Source of the DNA: Bugula neritina
Lineage: Eukaryota > Animalia > Bryozoa
Length of the DNA stretch: 64,000 nt
Reading direction: 5' to 3'
NCBI GenBank assembly: GCA_964035545.1
Contig: OZ037766.1
Span: 28,813,673 to 28,877,672 of the forward strand
Positions 25,670 to 37,700 of the stretch are shown one piece after another. Every line of letters begins with the position of its first letter. The stretch's first letter is position 1. The position numbers and the translations under genes are program-made. The notes beneath the pieces were generated by a model that worked only from the letters and a program-made list of their open reading frames with translations, did no database searches and was not told the origin of the DNA.

Positions 25670-27062
25670 ATGCGTGTTCCAGTAGTAACTTTGGTCACAC
25701 TCTGTTCTCTGATTGGATACTCAGCTGGTGTTGGAAGTTATGATGTAGAGGGTGTTAGAGAGTTGCTGGCAGAGCAAAGAGAAGAGCTGAAAGAAGAACT
25801 GACTTTTATTCTAAAACAACAAAATGAAACACATCAGAAACAAAATACAGTTCTGCAGCAACAGGTTGAAGCTTTACAGCTAAGAGATAAAGCTTTACTG
25901 CAAGAGTTAGAGCTTCAACAGCAAGAGTTAGAGCTTCAACAGAAAGCTAATGAAGAACTGCAAGCAACAGTTTACTCCTTACTTAAAGCTGTAAGTTAGA
26001 GCTATATCAGCTATATAATATTATAGTTATTTCCTGTGGTGCACGGAACTTTGCTGAAATACATGCAACTTTAAACAAGCAAAACAAAATATTTTTACAC
26101 ATATTCTTTAGCCGTTGGTTCAAATTAAAATCAAAAGCTTTAAAGCTAATGCTGTTTGAGTTTGCTACACATGAAGAGTTGCATACAATAATTGAATTAT
26201 TGAATGTTTAAAACTTGTTAATGGTGCTGGTATGTTACTCAGTTTGATTAATTTATATTAAAGTTGCTCACTGGAGAGTTGCCTAATGCAGAAAACTTTA
26301 AAAAGACAGATAAGGAAAAGTTTTCAAGTTTGCTGGAACAGATCTGCATTTTTGGTGAGCAGTTAACTTTAATTACAAATATAACAATTCAACTTTGACT
26401 AAACTAAGTTATACTATGGAGATATTTCAGAAGTTTAAATGTACCAACCTTTGTTGTTATGTTTATATATGAGATTGAACTTGCAAACACTTAGTTATGG
26501 CTTCTCTCAATAGTGCAATTGCAACCATAAATAAATTTAATAAAATTTAAAGTCTTGCATGCTTTACAATTTATTGTTTCCCGTTACATGTTATTGCAGT
26601 CTAACTATGCACTTTAAAATCACTAAGTTCTAAAAATAGCTACACCTTGCTTTTTCTGTAGAAAATATGTTTTCCATTGTTGTCATGATTTGCTGTAAGC
26701 TGACGGATGTTATGAATTACAATTAAACGTACACCTCTATAGCGTAAGATAAAAAAAGATAACAATCATAAGGTTTAATAGGTGTTAAAGTAACTACTAC
26801 TGCAGTATAGTAGTTACTTTAACAGCAGTAGTAGTAGTGGTAACACTAGTAGTAGTGATGGTAGTGATGATAGTGGTAGTAGTCACCGACACTCATTAAA
26901 CAACCTGCTTGTTATCTTTTTTATTTACACGCTATCACTACCACCACTGTAATACCACTGCCACCACTACTACCACTACTACCACTACTACCACTACTAC
27001 CACTACTACCACTACCGTCACTAATAATGCTACCGCTGCTACTACTACTACTGCTACTAAAA

Positions 27063-27106
<44 letters not shown>

Positions 27107-27205
27107 ACTACTGCTGCTGCTACTACTGCTGCTACTACTGCTGCTACTACTGCTGCTACTACTGCTGCTACTACTACTACTGCTACTAAAACTACTGCTA
27201 CTGCA

Positions 27206-27274
<69 letters not shown>

Positions 27275-27290
27275 ACTACTACTACTACTT

Positions 27291-27385
<95 letters not shown>

Positions 27386-27471
27386 GCTACTACTGCTACT
27401 ACTACTGCTATTGCTACCGATACTGCTACTGCTGCTAGCGCTATATACTGCTACTGCTACTACCACTACTG

Positions 27472-27522
<51 letters not shown>

Positions 27523-30500
27523 TTACCACTACTACTGCTACCGCTACCGATACTACTACTGCTGCTATAGCGCTATATACTGCTACTGATTCTGTTGCTG
27601 CTGAGTGTTATACCGCTACATAATCTATAGTTCAAAAAGTTGACCAGTTAAAACACTTGACCAGGTGTTCGGGGCATTGATGGGAAAGATGGAAAAGATG
27701 GAAAAGATGGAAGTGATGGGATAAATGGAAGAGATGGGAGAGATGGTAGTGATGGAAGAGATGGAAGTGATGGAAAAGATGGAAGTGATGGGAAAGATGG
27801 GGCCGCTGGTTTAAATGGCAGTGATGGTGAGACATAAAAAAACCAAAGCTATTTTCTGCATTTACTATAATATAATAATAATTATTAAAATTATAGTGCA
27901 TGTGTGCATATAATATGTCAATAAATTGTTACCATTAGTGCATCTGCAAAAAATTATTAGGTGCTAGTTATAATTTAAAAAATAATTACCCAATTCTCAT
28001 CACTGACAGTATTCTGCTGATTTGACCACTGCAGTGAATAGTTTTTGCCTTACTTTGAAGAAATGAAAGTTTCACTCATTTGAAAAGAAGTTACATGAAA
28101 TTAGGAATTAAATAAAATAATGCACGAAGATTTTTTCTAAAAGTAATTTTTTACTGAATATTTATGCATAGAAGTTTACTCTGTACTACTATATTTGAGT
28201 TCATTATAAGTTTTTGCAATCATAGCTGTCTACAATAATTTTAATATGCTAAAGAACTCATCCAAGTAGTTAGCTTAACATTTATTAATGACAATGTTTT
28301 AACATTGCAAAGCAAAGACTAACTGGTTTTGAAAAAAAGAATTGACATGAAATTTTGCTACAGGCAGAGATGGAGCACCAGGTTCTCCAGGTGCGCCTGG
28401 ATTGAAAGGTGCTCTTGGACCAAAAGGAGAGCCAGGAGGTGTTGGAAACGCTGGGAAAGATGGCTTACCAGGTGCTCCTGGACCTAAAGGAAACAAAGGC
28501 TCACCAGGCTTAGCTGGAATTGATGGTGAAAAGGGAGAAACTGGTGCTAAAGGAATGCAGGGTGCTGTTGGAGCAAAAGGTACGAAAAAGAGGGAGTTTT
28601 GGGTGCCACAGGTTTAACCCTATAGTAGTTAGTGGGATATACCTGCTTTTCAAAACTACTCTATCTGCAGGCAAATTTTTTGGGTGCATATGTCCTTATA
28701 AATATCCAAAGCGTATTACACTGACCTTCAATGCCTAGCTTTAGGTCGAAGTTGCTAACTTTTAGATATAACTATGTTTAACAATGCAGGGTAGTAGCTT
28801 GCAAATAATTTTAGAAGTATTTACAAGAATCAGCAACTACCATGCAATTGCTATAACTATTCATATTTGAATTTATTGAAAAATACTAAAGTTACCACAA
28901 TTATTTATAAATTCTCTACTACCCCATAAGTTTTAGAACTATTTAGTGTAAACACAGTAGGTACTGTAGCAAAAACCTGTTTAGGTTGCCCTATTTTCTG
29001 TCCATTTAATATCCTTGTTTTAGCGCTTTAGTTTATTTATGGCCAATATCAGAGGCTTATTTAAATTGAATTGCTGTAGCTGGAGTTGTGATTCCTGTCA
29101 CCTTAACATAATTCTTTCAAATAGAGCATATTATAGAGAAAGTGTTTGTGTAATAAATCCAAAATGGCCGACAGCTCTTGCAGCTTAATTATAGTTAAGG
29201 GAGGCTGATAAAAGAATCACTAACAAAGTTAATGAAGGATTATATTTGAGAAATTCCAGTGTGCCATATTTATATTACATAATGTTTAAGTTTCATCTTA
29301 CAGGGTTGAAAGGAAATCAGGGAGTTAAAGGGTCTCAAGGAATGAAAGGAGAAAAAGGAAACATTGGTAACACAGGAGCAACTGGTCTAAGAGGAGCAAC
29401 TGGTGCTCGTGGAGTGCCAGGAACTAATTTTGAAGGAGGCGCTGTGTACACCAGATGGGGGAGGACATCTTGCAGTCCTGGCTCAACTAGACTTTACAAA
29501 GGTGTGCTAGTTATTAAATCATTTAACTTTAGATAGCAAAGTATATTTTAACAAATATATAGCTGCTTGGTAAAAATCGCAGCTTTAGTTGATGCAGTTA
29601 TCCATTATATATAGTGTAGTGAAATTAGCGCTACTTTGCTAAGCTATTTTAGCTATATAATTAACGTACTAAGAAAAGCTTTCTACAGCACAGCCAGTGC
29701 TAACTGAAAGACCTCTGACACTTGGCAATAGTTAGTGCTAGTGAACTAGTGTAATTTTAAGAGAGCAAAATAAGTAAGTTATATACATTAATTATATTGT
29801 TTCTTTTTCTTGTAGATTACAACTATTTTTTTTGTTTTTCTATTGTTTATTTATGTTTATCCTGATCATGTAAGTTTGAATTGCAATAATTGTAGTCTTG
29901 ACGATGTCAATAGGATGTCAATAGGATGTCAATAGGATGTCAATAGGATGTCAATAGGATGTCAATAGGATGTCAATAGGATGTCAATAGGATGTCAATA
30001 GAAGTCAATGAGATCAACAAATGTATATTAGAATAAAACATAATAAAGGACATCAGTGAAGAGTTAATGCATTTTTTAATTGCATTTTATAAACACTTAA
30101 TTTAGACATTTTAAAAAATCATTTCAAGAGTCATCAATTTAAGATATGAAATTAAATAATGCATGAAAAAAAAGTTGCACAACTAGCTTTTAGAAGCATG
30201 CATATTGCAATTGAACTTGCAGAATTTTATATCAGTTACAATGGTAGAACATTGACCTGGTACACTTCGCTGATTGGCTGAGTTTTACATGGTCTTCTAG
30301 ACCATGTAAAACTCAGCCAATCAGCGAAGTGTACCAGGTCAATGTTCTACCATTGTAACTGATATAAAATTCTGCAAGTTCAATTGCAATATGCATGCTT
30401 CTAAAAGCTAGTTGTGCAACTTTTTTTTCATGCATTATTTAATTTCATATCTTAAATTGATGACTCTTGAAATGATTTTTTAAAATGTCTAAATTAAGTG

Positions 30501-33500
30501 TTTATAAAATGCAATTAAAAAATGCATGTCTGAAAAAATGACCTGGTACACTTTTGCAACTTAAGGCCAATTATTACATAACTGCCAGCTTAGTAGTTAT
30601 TTGTTGTTGCAGCTTGAATGGGTTATTGTTTAGCATTGAAAGCTTGTAGTAAACGGCTGTAAATTTGGTACATGACTTTGATTGGCTGGTTTTTAAATGG
30701 CTCTTTAGTATATGCATCTGGATGGCTGAGTAGTGTAGGCTCCGCCTACATTTAGCTAATGTACAGTAGCCAATCCACAGTAGTATTACAAAATTTCTGT
30801 TTAACATGAAATATTCTCGTCATTTGTTTTGTACTTTACAATAGTATATATTCTATTCAGCTGAAATTTTATTGTATGTAAGCCATGGGAATAACTACTA
30901 AGAGGTTAAATCAACTACCCATGCTGGTAATATTGCAGCTAGCAGTAATAGCAAGTCCACACCATATAAATATACTACACATAAGCTATTATGTGCAGCT
31001 TATGAATGCTAAAATAACCCCATTTCTTACCTTCAATTTGAAAAAAAATGTATCACATTTTCTGCCACTTCTGCACCAAGAATCTGTTTTCCTTTTAAAT
31101 TTTGAAAATAGTAGTCAGTTTCTGCAGCAGTCAACATCCACAATAAACAACGTAAGCTTTCAAATAAACTATAAATATATGAAATAATAATGTGGAAACA
31201 ATGTAATATATTTATTGCTATGATAAAAACTACACGAATATTATATAAAAGCTAGATATAGATTTCTAGTAAAATGGCACAGGTAAAAATAACACATTTT
31301 TACTTCAAATTCTAAATTTCATCAGTCACCAACGGTGGCTGTAGATTACAGAGAGCACAGCACACTATCATAGTCTTGTTTAATAGAGGTGCCAACACCA
31401 AGTTCACACTTCAGGACCATTTAAAATATTGAACTCCTTTATCCTTTTGATTGCTCTTACGACATGGATTCGAAGGTTAGAAATCAACTATGTTTGCAGT
31501 AACTGCATTTGCAAATAGCCTCTTTTCCTGGGTGATATAGCCAACTTGGCTCCAGTGCCTATAAGTTCTTCTTGAATCCTGAAGGTATAAAGGCAACTTA
31601 AAAAAAGCCTCTATCTGCATGACCACATCACCTGGGCTTATGAAGTTTAAGAACCCAGAGTCATCCACTACACACTTGTCTGAGGCTCTACCTCCCATTT
31701 CATGCGAAATAAAGCAGATAGTGCCCCTGGGTGTAATTGCAACCAAATACTTGATGGTGTTGGTCTTTTTATACTCACTCCATGTCAAATATTGAGCCAG
31801 CTTTGATTGAGGCTTGCAAATGAATATTTCTGTGCAGTCTATAATGCACCTAATGTAAGCATATTGGCTTTGAAAGCTCAGAGGGATGTTCAGCTTTTCT
31901 CGTGGTGGAAAATATATTAGATTGTTCAGTTCTCTTGCTAAAATATTTAATGTGTCTTTGAAGGTTTTGCTTGCCAGCAATCTAAAGATATAAAAAAGGC
32001 CAGCAAGTATTTGAAACTGTAAACCTTGACGCAGCTTCATCATAGCCAATTAAAGTTCATCTTGTCTTGTTAACTTTTTTCGGAGAGTAAGAACTTTCAT
32101 CTTTGGACTTATAAATCTAAATATAGTAAATAAAGAAAAAAAATTAAATTATGATTTCAATTATAATGTATGTGCTAAATAAATTTTGTGCTTAGTTTGT
32201 ATTCATTCAGCAGTTTTTACCCTCTGGTAAGTAGCTTCAGTTATATTTTGCAAGAACTATGAAGTTCAAGAACTGCTAGCTGAAGGCTTGACCCAATATA
32301 TCACCATCCAAACAGAATGTAATGTGTGTCAACATGTGTTACATAATACTGTAACAGTACATGATACGCTAGTTGTATGAATACATGCTTTGAATGAAGT
32401 CATGAGTTTAAACAAATACTGTGGACAAACAATTATTACTTTATTTTATGATTATACTATAACTAATTCAAACCCATATTATTTCTAGAATAGCATTTAA
32501 TAATGTGAAACTAGTAACAAGTGTAAACCATTTCAGTTTTAAACACCTACTTAGTTTCAGCTAATAATTAGATTAGGAGGCTACTTTTAATAAGCTTTAA
32601 AATAACCAAGGAAAATTTAGGTTAAAACAATTTACTTTTCCTGGAGAAAGTGAGTCAATTTGTCCACAAATAGAAGACTGTTGCTTGTTTAAATAAAACC
32701 CTAAACTAGATAAGTCAAAGCATATAGATGACCATTGTGGTATTTATGAATATCTTACATAAAACAACATCTTTAATAAAAAACCGTATGAATGATACAC
32801 TCACACTGCAACAAATTTAATTAAAATGACAGTTTTAATACATATCAAATTTAATCAATGTACAAATTTTAGCATAGTCAGACTTGCATTGTTTATTTGT
32901 AATAAACCATAGTATATCTTTGCAATAAGAAAACAATAATTTTCACCTTGCTAAAGAAAAATATAGAGAACGTGTAGGTATTCCAGTATAGAATTTAGTT
33001 CGCTCATCTGTAGTGGTGAAAGTTTTCAAAACTTTAACTTTTTTAATAGTTGCTTTTTGTTTAATCGTGAAATATTTTGAGCTTTTTCTTCCAACTTTTG
33101 AATTCGTCTATCAACAGAATGTGCAGGTTTTTTTCTGAGTAGTTGATGTTTCTGGTAACTCAGTTACTTCTGATGAAGTCTGACTATGAGGATGGCTGTC
33201 AGATGAGTTCTGTTGCTCTATATCAGCTGACTCTGTTGAAGACGTTTTCTGTTCGTTTCCTTCACTTGTTTTATTAAAACCACTGTTTTTTGTGCGTCTT
33301 ACATTATATGCTTTAGTGCGTTGGTAACCCAAATGAAGGGTTGGAGTTGGATTTTGCTCAGTGGGCTGACCATCCTTATGATTATGATTATAATAGTGTG
33401 CTGTGCTCTCTGTAATCTACAGCCACCGTTGGTGACTGATGAAATTTAGAATTTGAAGTAAAAATGTGTTATTTTTACCTGTGCCATTTTACTAGAAATC

Positions 33501-36500
33501 TATATCTAGCTTTTATATAATATTCGTGTAGTTTTCATCATAGCAATAAATAAATTACATTGTTTCCACATTATTATTTCATATATTTATAGTTTATTTG
33601 AAAGCTTACGTTGTTTATTGTGGATGTTGACTGCTGCAGAAACTGACTACTATTTTCAAAATTTAACAGGAAAACACATTCTTGGTGCAGAAGTGGCAGA
33701 ATATGTGATACAATTTTTTTCAAATTGAAGGTAAGAAATGGGGTCATTTTAGCATTTATAAGCTGCACATAATAGCTTATGTGTAGTATATTTATATGGT
33801 GTGGACTTGCTATTACTGCTAGCTGCAATATTACCAGCATGGGTGGTTGATTTAACCTCTTAGTAGTTCCCATGGTGCACATACAATAAAATTTCAGCTG
33901 AATAGAATATATACTATTGTAAAGTACAAAACAAATGACCAGAATATTTCATATGTTAAACAGAAATTTTGTAATACCACTGTGGATTGGCTACTGTACA
34001 TTAGCTAAATGTAGGCGGAGCCTACACTACTCAGCCATCCAGATGCATATACTATAGAGCCATTTAAAAACCAGCCAATCAAAGTCATGTACCAAATTCA
34101 CAGCCGTTTACTACAAGCTTTCAATGCTAAACAATAACCCATTCAAGTTGCAACAACAAATAACTACTAAGCTGGCAGTTATGTAATAATTGGCCTTAAC
34201 CCTTACGCTATCAATTGACCATATATGTCCCTCAAAGCGACACTATCCACAGATCAATGGACCATATATGGTCTTTTAGGTAAACGAACAATAGCGCTTA
34301 CTTTAAACTTCAAGTTTTCAACCTAACAGCCTAAAATTTTTTGTAATTGATGCTGATACTGCAGCTTGGTAATTTTGGGATAGTTATAGCCATTAAATTT
34401 GATTAAATTAATAGCTACCAAGCCAGCTAGTGGCTTTTCAATTTAATCCTTGAATTTCAAAATTATCGGTAAATTTTAACGCTACTTTCAAATGCAAGAA
34501 ACTGCTGTCAAATTATAGAGAGCCAGTTTATTTTATTCAGATAACATTTAGAAGAACATCTTAATAAACAGAAATGTTAAAGTCACTATATTTTGAATCA
34601 TATTATAAAATAATTTTATCATTTTGAGTTTTCAATTTTAAAATGGCGGTTCTGAGAGGTCAAATTAGAATGACTGATTTTAGCTAGAATTAAGGTCTCC
34701 CGTCACTTTAAGAAGCTTTTTATAATAGAAAATACTCCTAAAGTTATAATAACCAGTTTATTTAAGGCCAAAGTCAAGTTTAACTTTTAATAATGAAATT
34801 GAAAGTTATGCAAAATTTGCTAGCAAAATTCGCGATAAACTCAAACGAGGCACAAAATTACGTAACTTCAAAGTTGATCGCGAAAGGGTTAAGTTGCAAA
34901 AGTGTACGAGGTCATTTTTTCAGACATGCAATTTTTAATTGCATTTTATAAACACTTAATTTAGACATTTTAAAAAATCATTTCAAGAGTCATCAATTTA
35001 AGATATGAAATTAAATAATGCATGAAAAAAAAGTTGCACAACTAGCTTTTAGAAGCATGCATTTTGCAATTGAACTTGCAGAATTTTATATCAGTTACAA
35101 TGGTAGAACATTGACCTGGTACACTTCGCTGATTGGCTGAGTTTTACATGGTCTATTCAAAGCCTAGTTCACTACAGTCAAGGTTATTTTGCTCTCCTAT
35201 AATAACACTAGTTCACTAGCACCAGCTATTGCCAAGTGCCAGAGGTCTTTTAGTTAGCACTGACTGTGCTGTAGAAAGCTTTTCTTATAGTACGTTAATT
35301 ATATAGCTAAAATAGCTTAGCTAAGTATAACGCTAATTTCACTACATACAGTATATATTAGAGTATTATTCTATATTATTATATCAAATCTATTTGCTAT
35401 CACAGGCTTTGTTGGAGGATCACGCTATAGCCACAGTGGAGGTGGAGTGAACTATCAGTGTGTGCCAACTGACCCACAGTATAACAAAGTGAACACTGGA
35501 TCTTATACTGGTTCTTGGATTTATGGAACAGAATATGAATCTGGTAGTTTTGGCATATTTCCTAATTCTGCTCATGACCAGAATGTACCATGTGCCAGGT
35601 GTTATACAGAGAACAGACCAGCTCTTATGATGATTCCAGCTAAGAGATCTTGTCCATCTGGGTGGACTAAGGAGTATGAAGGTAATCAACTTCATAAACA
35701 CAACCTCTTGAAGATGTGACTTTTATTACTACTAAAATAGCAATTTAATTATATGTTTTGTGGTACCTAAAATGAAATTTTCCAACATTTCTTTTTAAAA
35801 GTGTAACGATTTTTCGGGCATTCATACGCTACATCACACTGACCCCTTGTTCACATATTACCTTATCGTAAACCGCAACTGCACAAAGAAAATTGACGTA
35901 AAGTGCAACGCATGACATTGAATTGCGATCAATCATAATAAGGTTAATTCTTGTCTGCGGTGATTTGAACACCTTTGGATATTATTCACAAATTTGTAAC
36001 AACATTCTTCTCAAAAGATACGATAAAAATGTTATTGACTAGATAAAATCAATTCAAAGAAGAAGTCTCTCTTTTAAATATATGAGTCTTTAGAGTTTAG
36101 AATATTGTAGTAGATATTAACATTCCCCTTAGTCCTGTTTCCCATGGCTAGTACTGCAGCTATAGCCAAGTCCTGACTACCCATACTTAGATAATAGAGC
36201 TAATGTTTAACTTGAAGTAAATAGCTAATCCCCTTATGAGTACAATACACTTGGTTGAGTTCATTTCTTTTATTTATGTAAACCACAGTTGGACCGATCT
36301 CGGCAGGTGGATGCAGGCAGACCGAATGTCGGTTGCCGACATTTCCAATGTCGGTTACCAACATGAGGAATGTCGGCATCCCATGCCGAACATCGGCCTG
36401 CTGTCGGTCGAAGGTTCTAGAAGTCCTTTGTTCTACTAGTATATAAGGACACGCATTTTAGAGCATCAGTCACTTGAGGACTGGAGCTCGCACTAGATGT

Positions 36501-37700
36501 ATCTATGCTACAATAAAGTACTGCACACACACGGATTCTACTCTCTCTTTTGTCTCTTCTATAACAAGGAGTTATGTTCTCTGCCTGATTTCATTCTATA
36601 ACCCACAAACTACTACAATATATAATTGTGCAAACTAATTTGAATAATAAATATTTAAGCCGTCCAAATTTTTGGTTTGTGCGTTTTTGTGATTAGTGAA
36701 AGCTATATTTCTAGGCTGAATTTAATTTTAAAAAAACTGTATAAAGATTTTTTAATCCTTTGAAACTTTTAAATTGGTTAAATTAAACCAACAATAAGCG
36801 ATTAAAATAAACTAGCAGAAATACTTTTTAAACTTTAGTACTAAATCAACTCTACCCAATAGCAGCCCCACGTTATTTTTTAAATCAAGCACTGCACAGC
36901 GTATAGGCCTACTCTGGTACAATTCAGCTTGAATACGGCAATGTGTGAACAGGGGAATATTTACTGTTATGAAGTACGGCACGGTAAGTGTGAATGAGGA
37001 GTAAGCATCACTAAGCGATCCATCCACAATATCATTTATACGTTTTGTTGCCCCTAAAAATTGATTTGTTGCTGACATGCAACTGACTGTATATGTTACT
37101 CTAGACCAGCACAAGGCTGTGCATATATAATAAGACAATCTTGCGCCAGCTCCACATTGTCTAGCAGTAAGCTGACTTAGTATAGTAGATCTGACTTTTG
37201 TAGGTATTTTTCTTACTCATGTAACGTTTTTACTCTTATATATTTTTGGCATTTCATTAATAATTTGGCATTCGATAAATACTAGATTGTATCATACTCG
37301 TACTGTTGTATAATCACACGTACCAGATCAGTTTATGCTCCAATCTAAATAACCCACACACATTGTGAACTAACGGCATAAATTCACAACAATAATCTAA
37401 TAAAATTTTGACTATAAAAAAGAACTTGATAAACTAAAACTGCAGTGCAATTTTAAAAATCAATATACTGTTCTTTAAATTTTATTTTCAGGTTACCTAA
37501 TGCCTGAGCATCATACTCATGCCCATGCAGCTACATACGAGTGTGTAGATCAGTATCCTGAGTACATAACAGGACTGAGTGGTAATACAAATGGAGCTCT
37601 GTTCTATTTCATCAGAACTAGTTGTACAGATGGAACTACCGGACATTGTCCACCATATGATGCATACAGACAGCTCACTTGTGTTGTTTGCTCTAAATAA
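25670..37700 (+). CDS. Short-chain collagen C4/spongin-like gene, copy D, ~490 aa. Exons 25670-25990, 26264-26354, 27665-27826, 28364-28579, 29304-29501, 35406-35681, 37492-37700
   Basis: Same 7-exon structure, 56 Gly-X-Y triplets, 1473 nt in frame. Introns 5 and 6 are enlarged by transposon insertions. Confidence 0.85.
26935..27600. repeat. Expanded (ACT/GCT/ACC)n microsatellite, intron 2 of copy D
   Basis: Read directly from the sequence. Confidence 0.92.
29903..30001. repeat. 11-bp tandem repeat (GATGTCAATAG) x9
   Basis: Read directly from the sequence. Confidence 0.95.
30067..30527. repeat. 461-bp palindrome (229-bp arms, 3-nt loop TCT at 30296-30298)
   Basis: 30067-30295 reads as the reverse complement of 30299-30527 with no mismatch noticed. 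Confidence 0.92.
31312..33380 (-). pseudogene. Decayed THAP/HTH/DDE_Tnp_4-type (ISL2EU-like) transposase
   Basis: Minus-strand motifs [17 protein letters not shown] (THAP C-terminus), [20 protein letters not shown] (HTH), CIIDCTEIF...[20 protein letters not shown]...GGRASD, frameshifted [13 protein letters not shown] (catalytic E changed to V), [11 protein letters not shown]. Probable intron ~32117-32946. Stops and frameshifts present. Confidence 0.85.
34200..34888. mobile_element. piggyBac-type MITE, 689 bp
   Basis: TTAA duplicated (34196-34199, 34889-34892); termini CCCTTACGCTATCAA / TTGATCGCGAAAGGG; the empty TTAA site is visible in the opposite arm (~30551-30570). Confidence 0.9.
35802..37391. 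mobile_element. Unclassified ~1.6-kb insertion in intron 6 of copy D (TG...CA ends)
   Basis: Absent from intron 6 of copies A, B and E (~200 nt there). Ends TGTAACGATTT / AAATTCACAACA; boundaries approximate. Confidence 0.6.
36106..36617 (+). mobile_element. Solo LTR, 512 bp
   Basis: TGTAGTAG...CTACTACA termini, ATAT target-site duplication (36102-36105, 36618-36621), internal TATATAA (~36440) followed by AATAAA (~36512). Confidence 0.85.

Larger units (their letters stand above)
30298..35155 (-). mobile_element. Fold-back ISL2EU-like (PIF/Harbinger-related) DNA transposon with ~1.07-kb inverted arms
   Basis: Termini (T)AGACCATGTAAAACTC...GAGTTTTACATGGTCT(A). 30298-~31372 is the reverse complement of ~33387-35155 once the piggyBac MITE is removed. 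A DDE transposase pseudogene lies between and partly within the arms. Confidence 0.8.
29615..35346. mobile_element. Non-autonomous long-TIR DNA element (TGT...ACA termini, ~160-bp TIRs) in intron 5 of copy D, hosting nested elements
   Basis: 29615-~29773 is the imperfect reverse complement of ~35184-35346. Flanks TATAG/TACAG duplicate the single TAYAG of the empty site in copies B and E. Confidence 0.8.

Noticed and set aside
26909-27623. Poly-Thr/Ala/Leu/Ser ORFs that could be mucin-like exons (also 7078-7368, 14118-14432, 41466-41853)
   Set aside because: Intron 2 trinucleotide microsatellites. Exon 2 splices in phase directly to exon 3 and no conserved splice sites bound the tracts.
27632-27901. 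Minus-strand His/Phe-rich ORFs (also 41862-42122) and other antisense ORFs over collagen exons
   Set aside because: Antisense shadows of the GATGG-repeat exon 3 and Gly-X-Y exons.
30885-33882. Two near-identical ~100-aa ORFs on opposite strands (30885-31187, 33574-33882)
   Set aside because: A consequence of the inverted arms; AT-rich with no recognisable domain.
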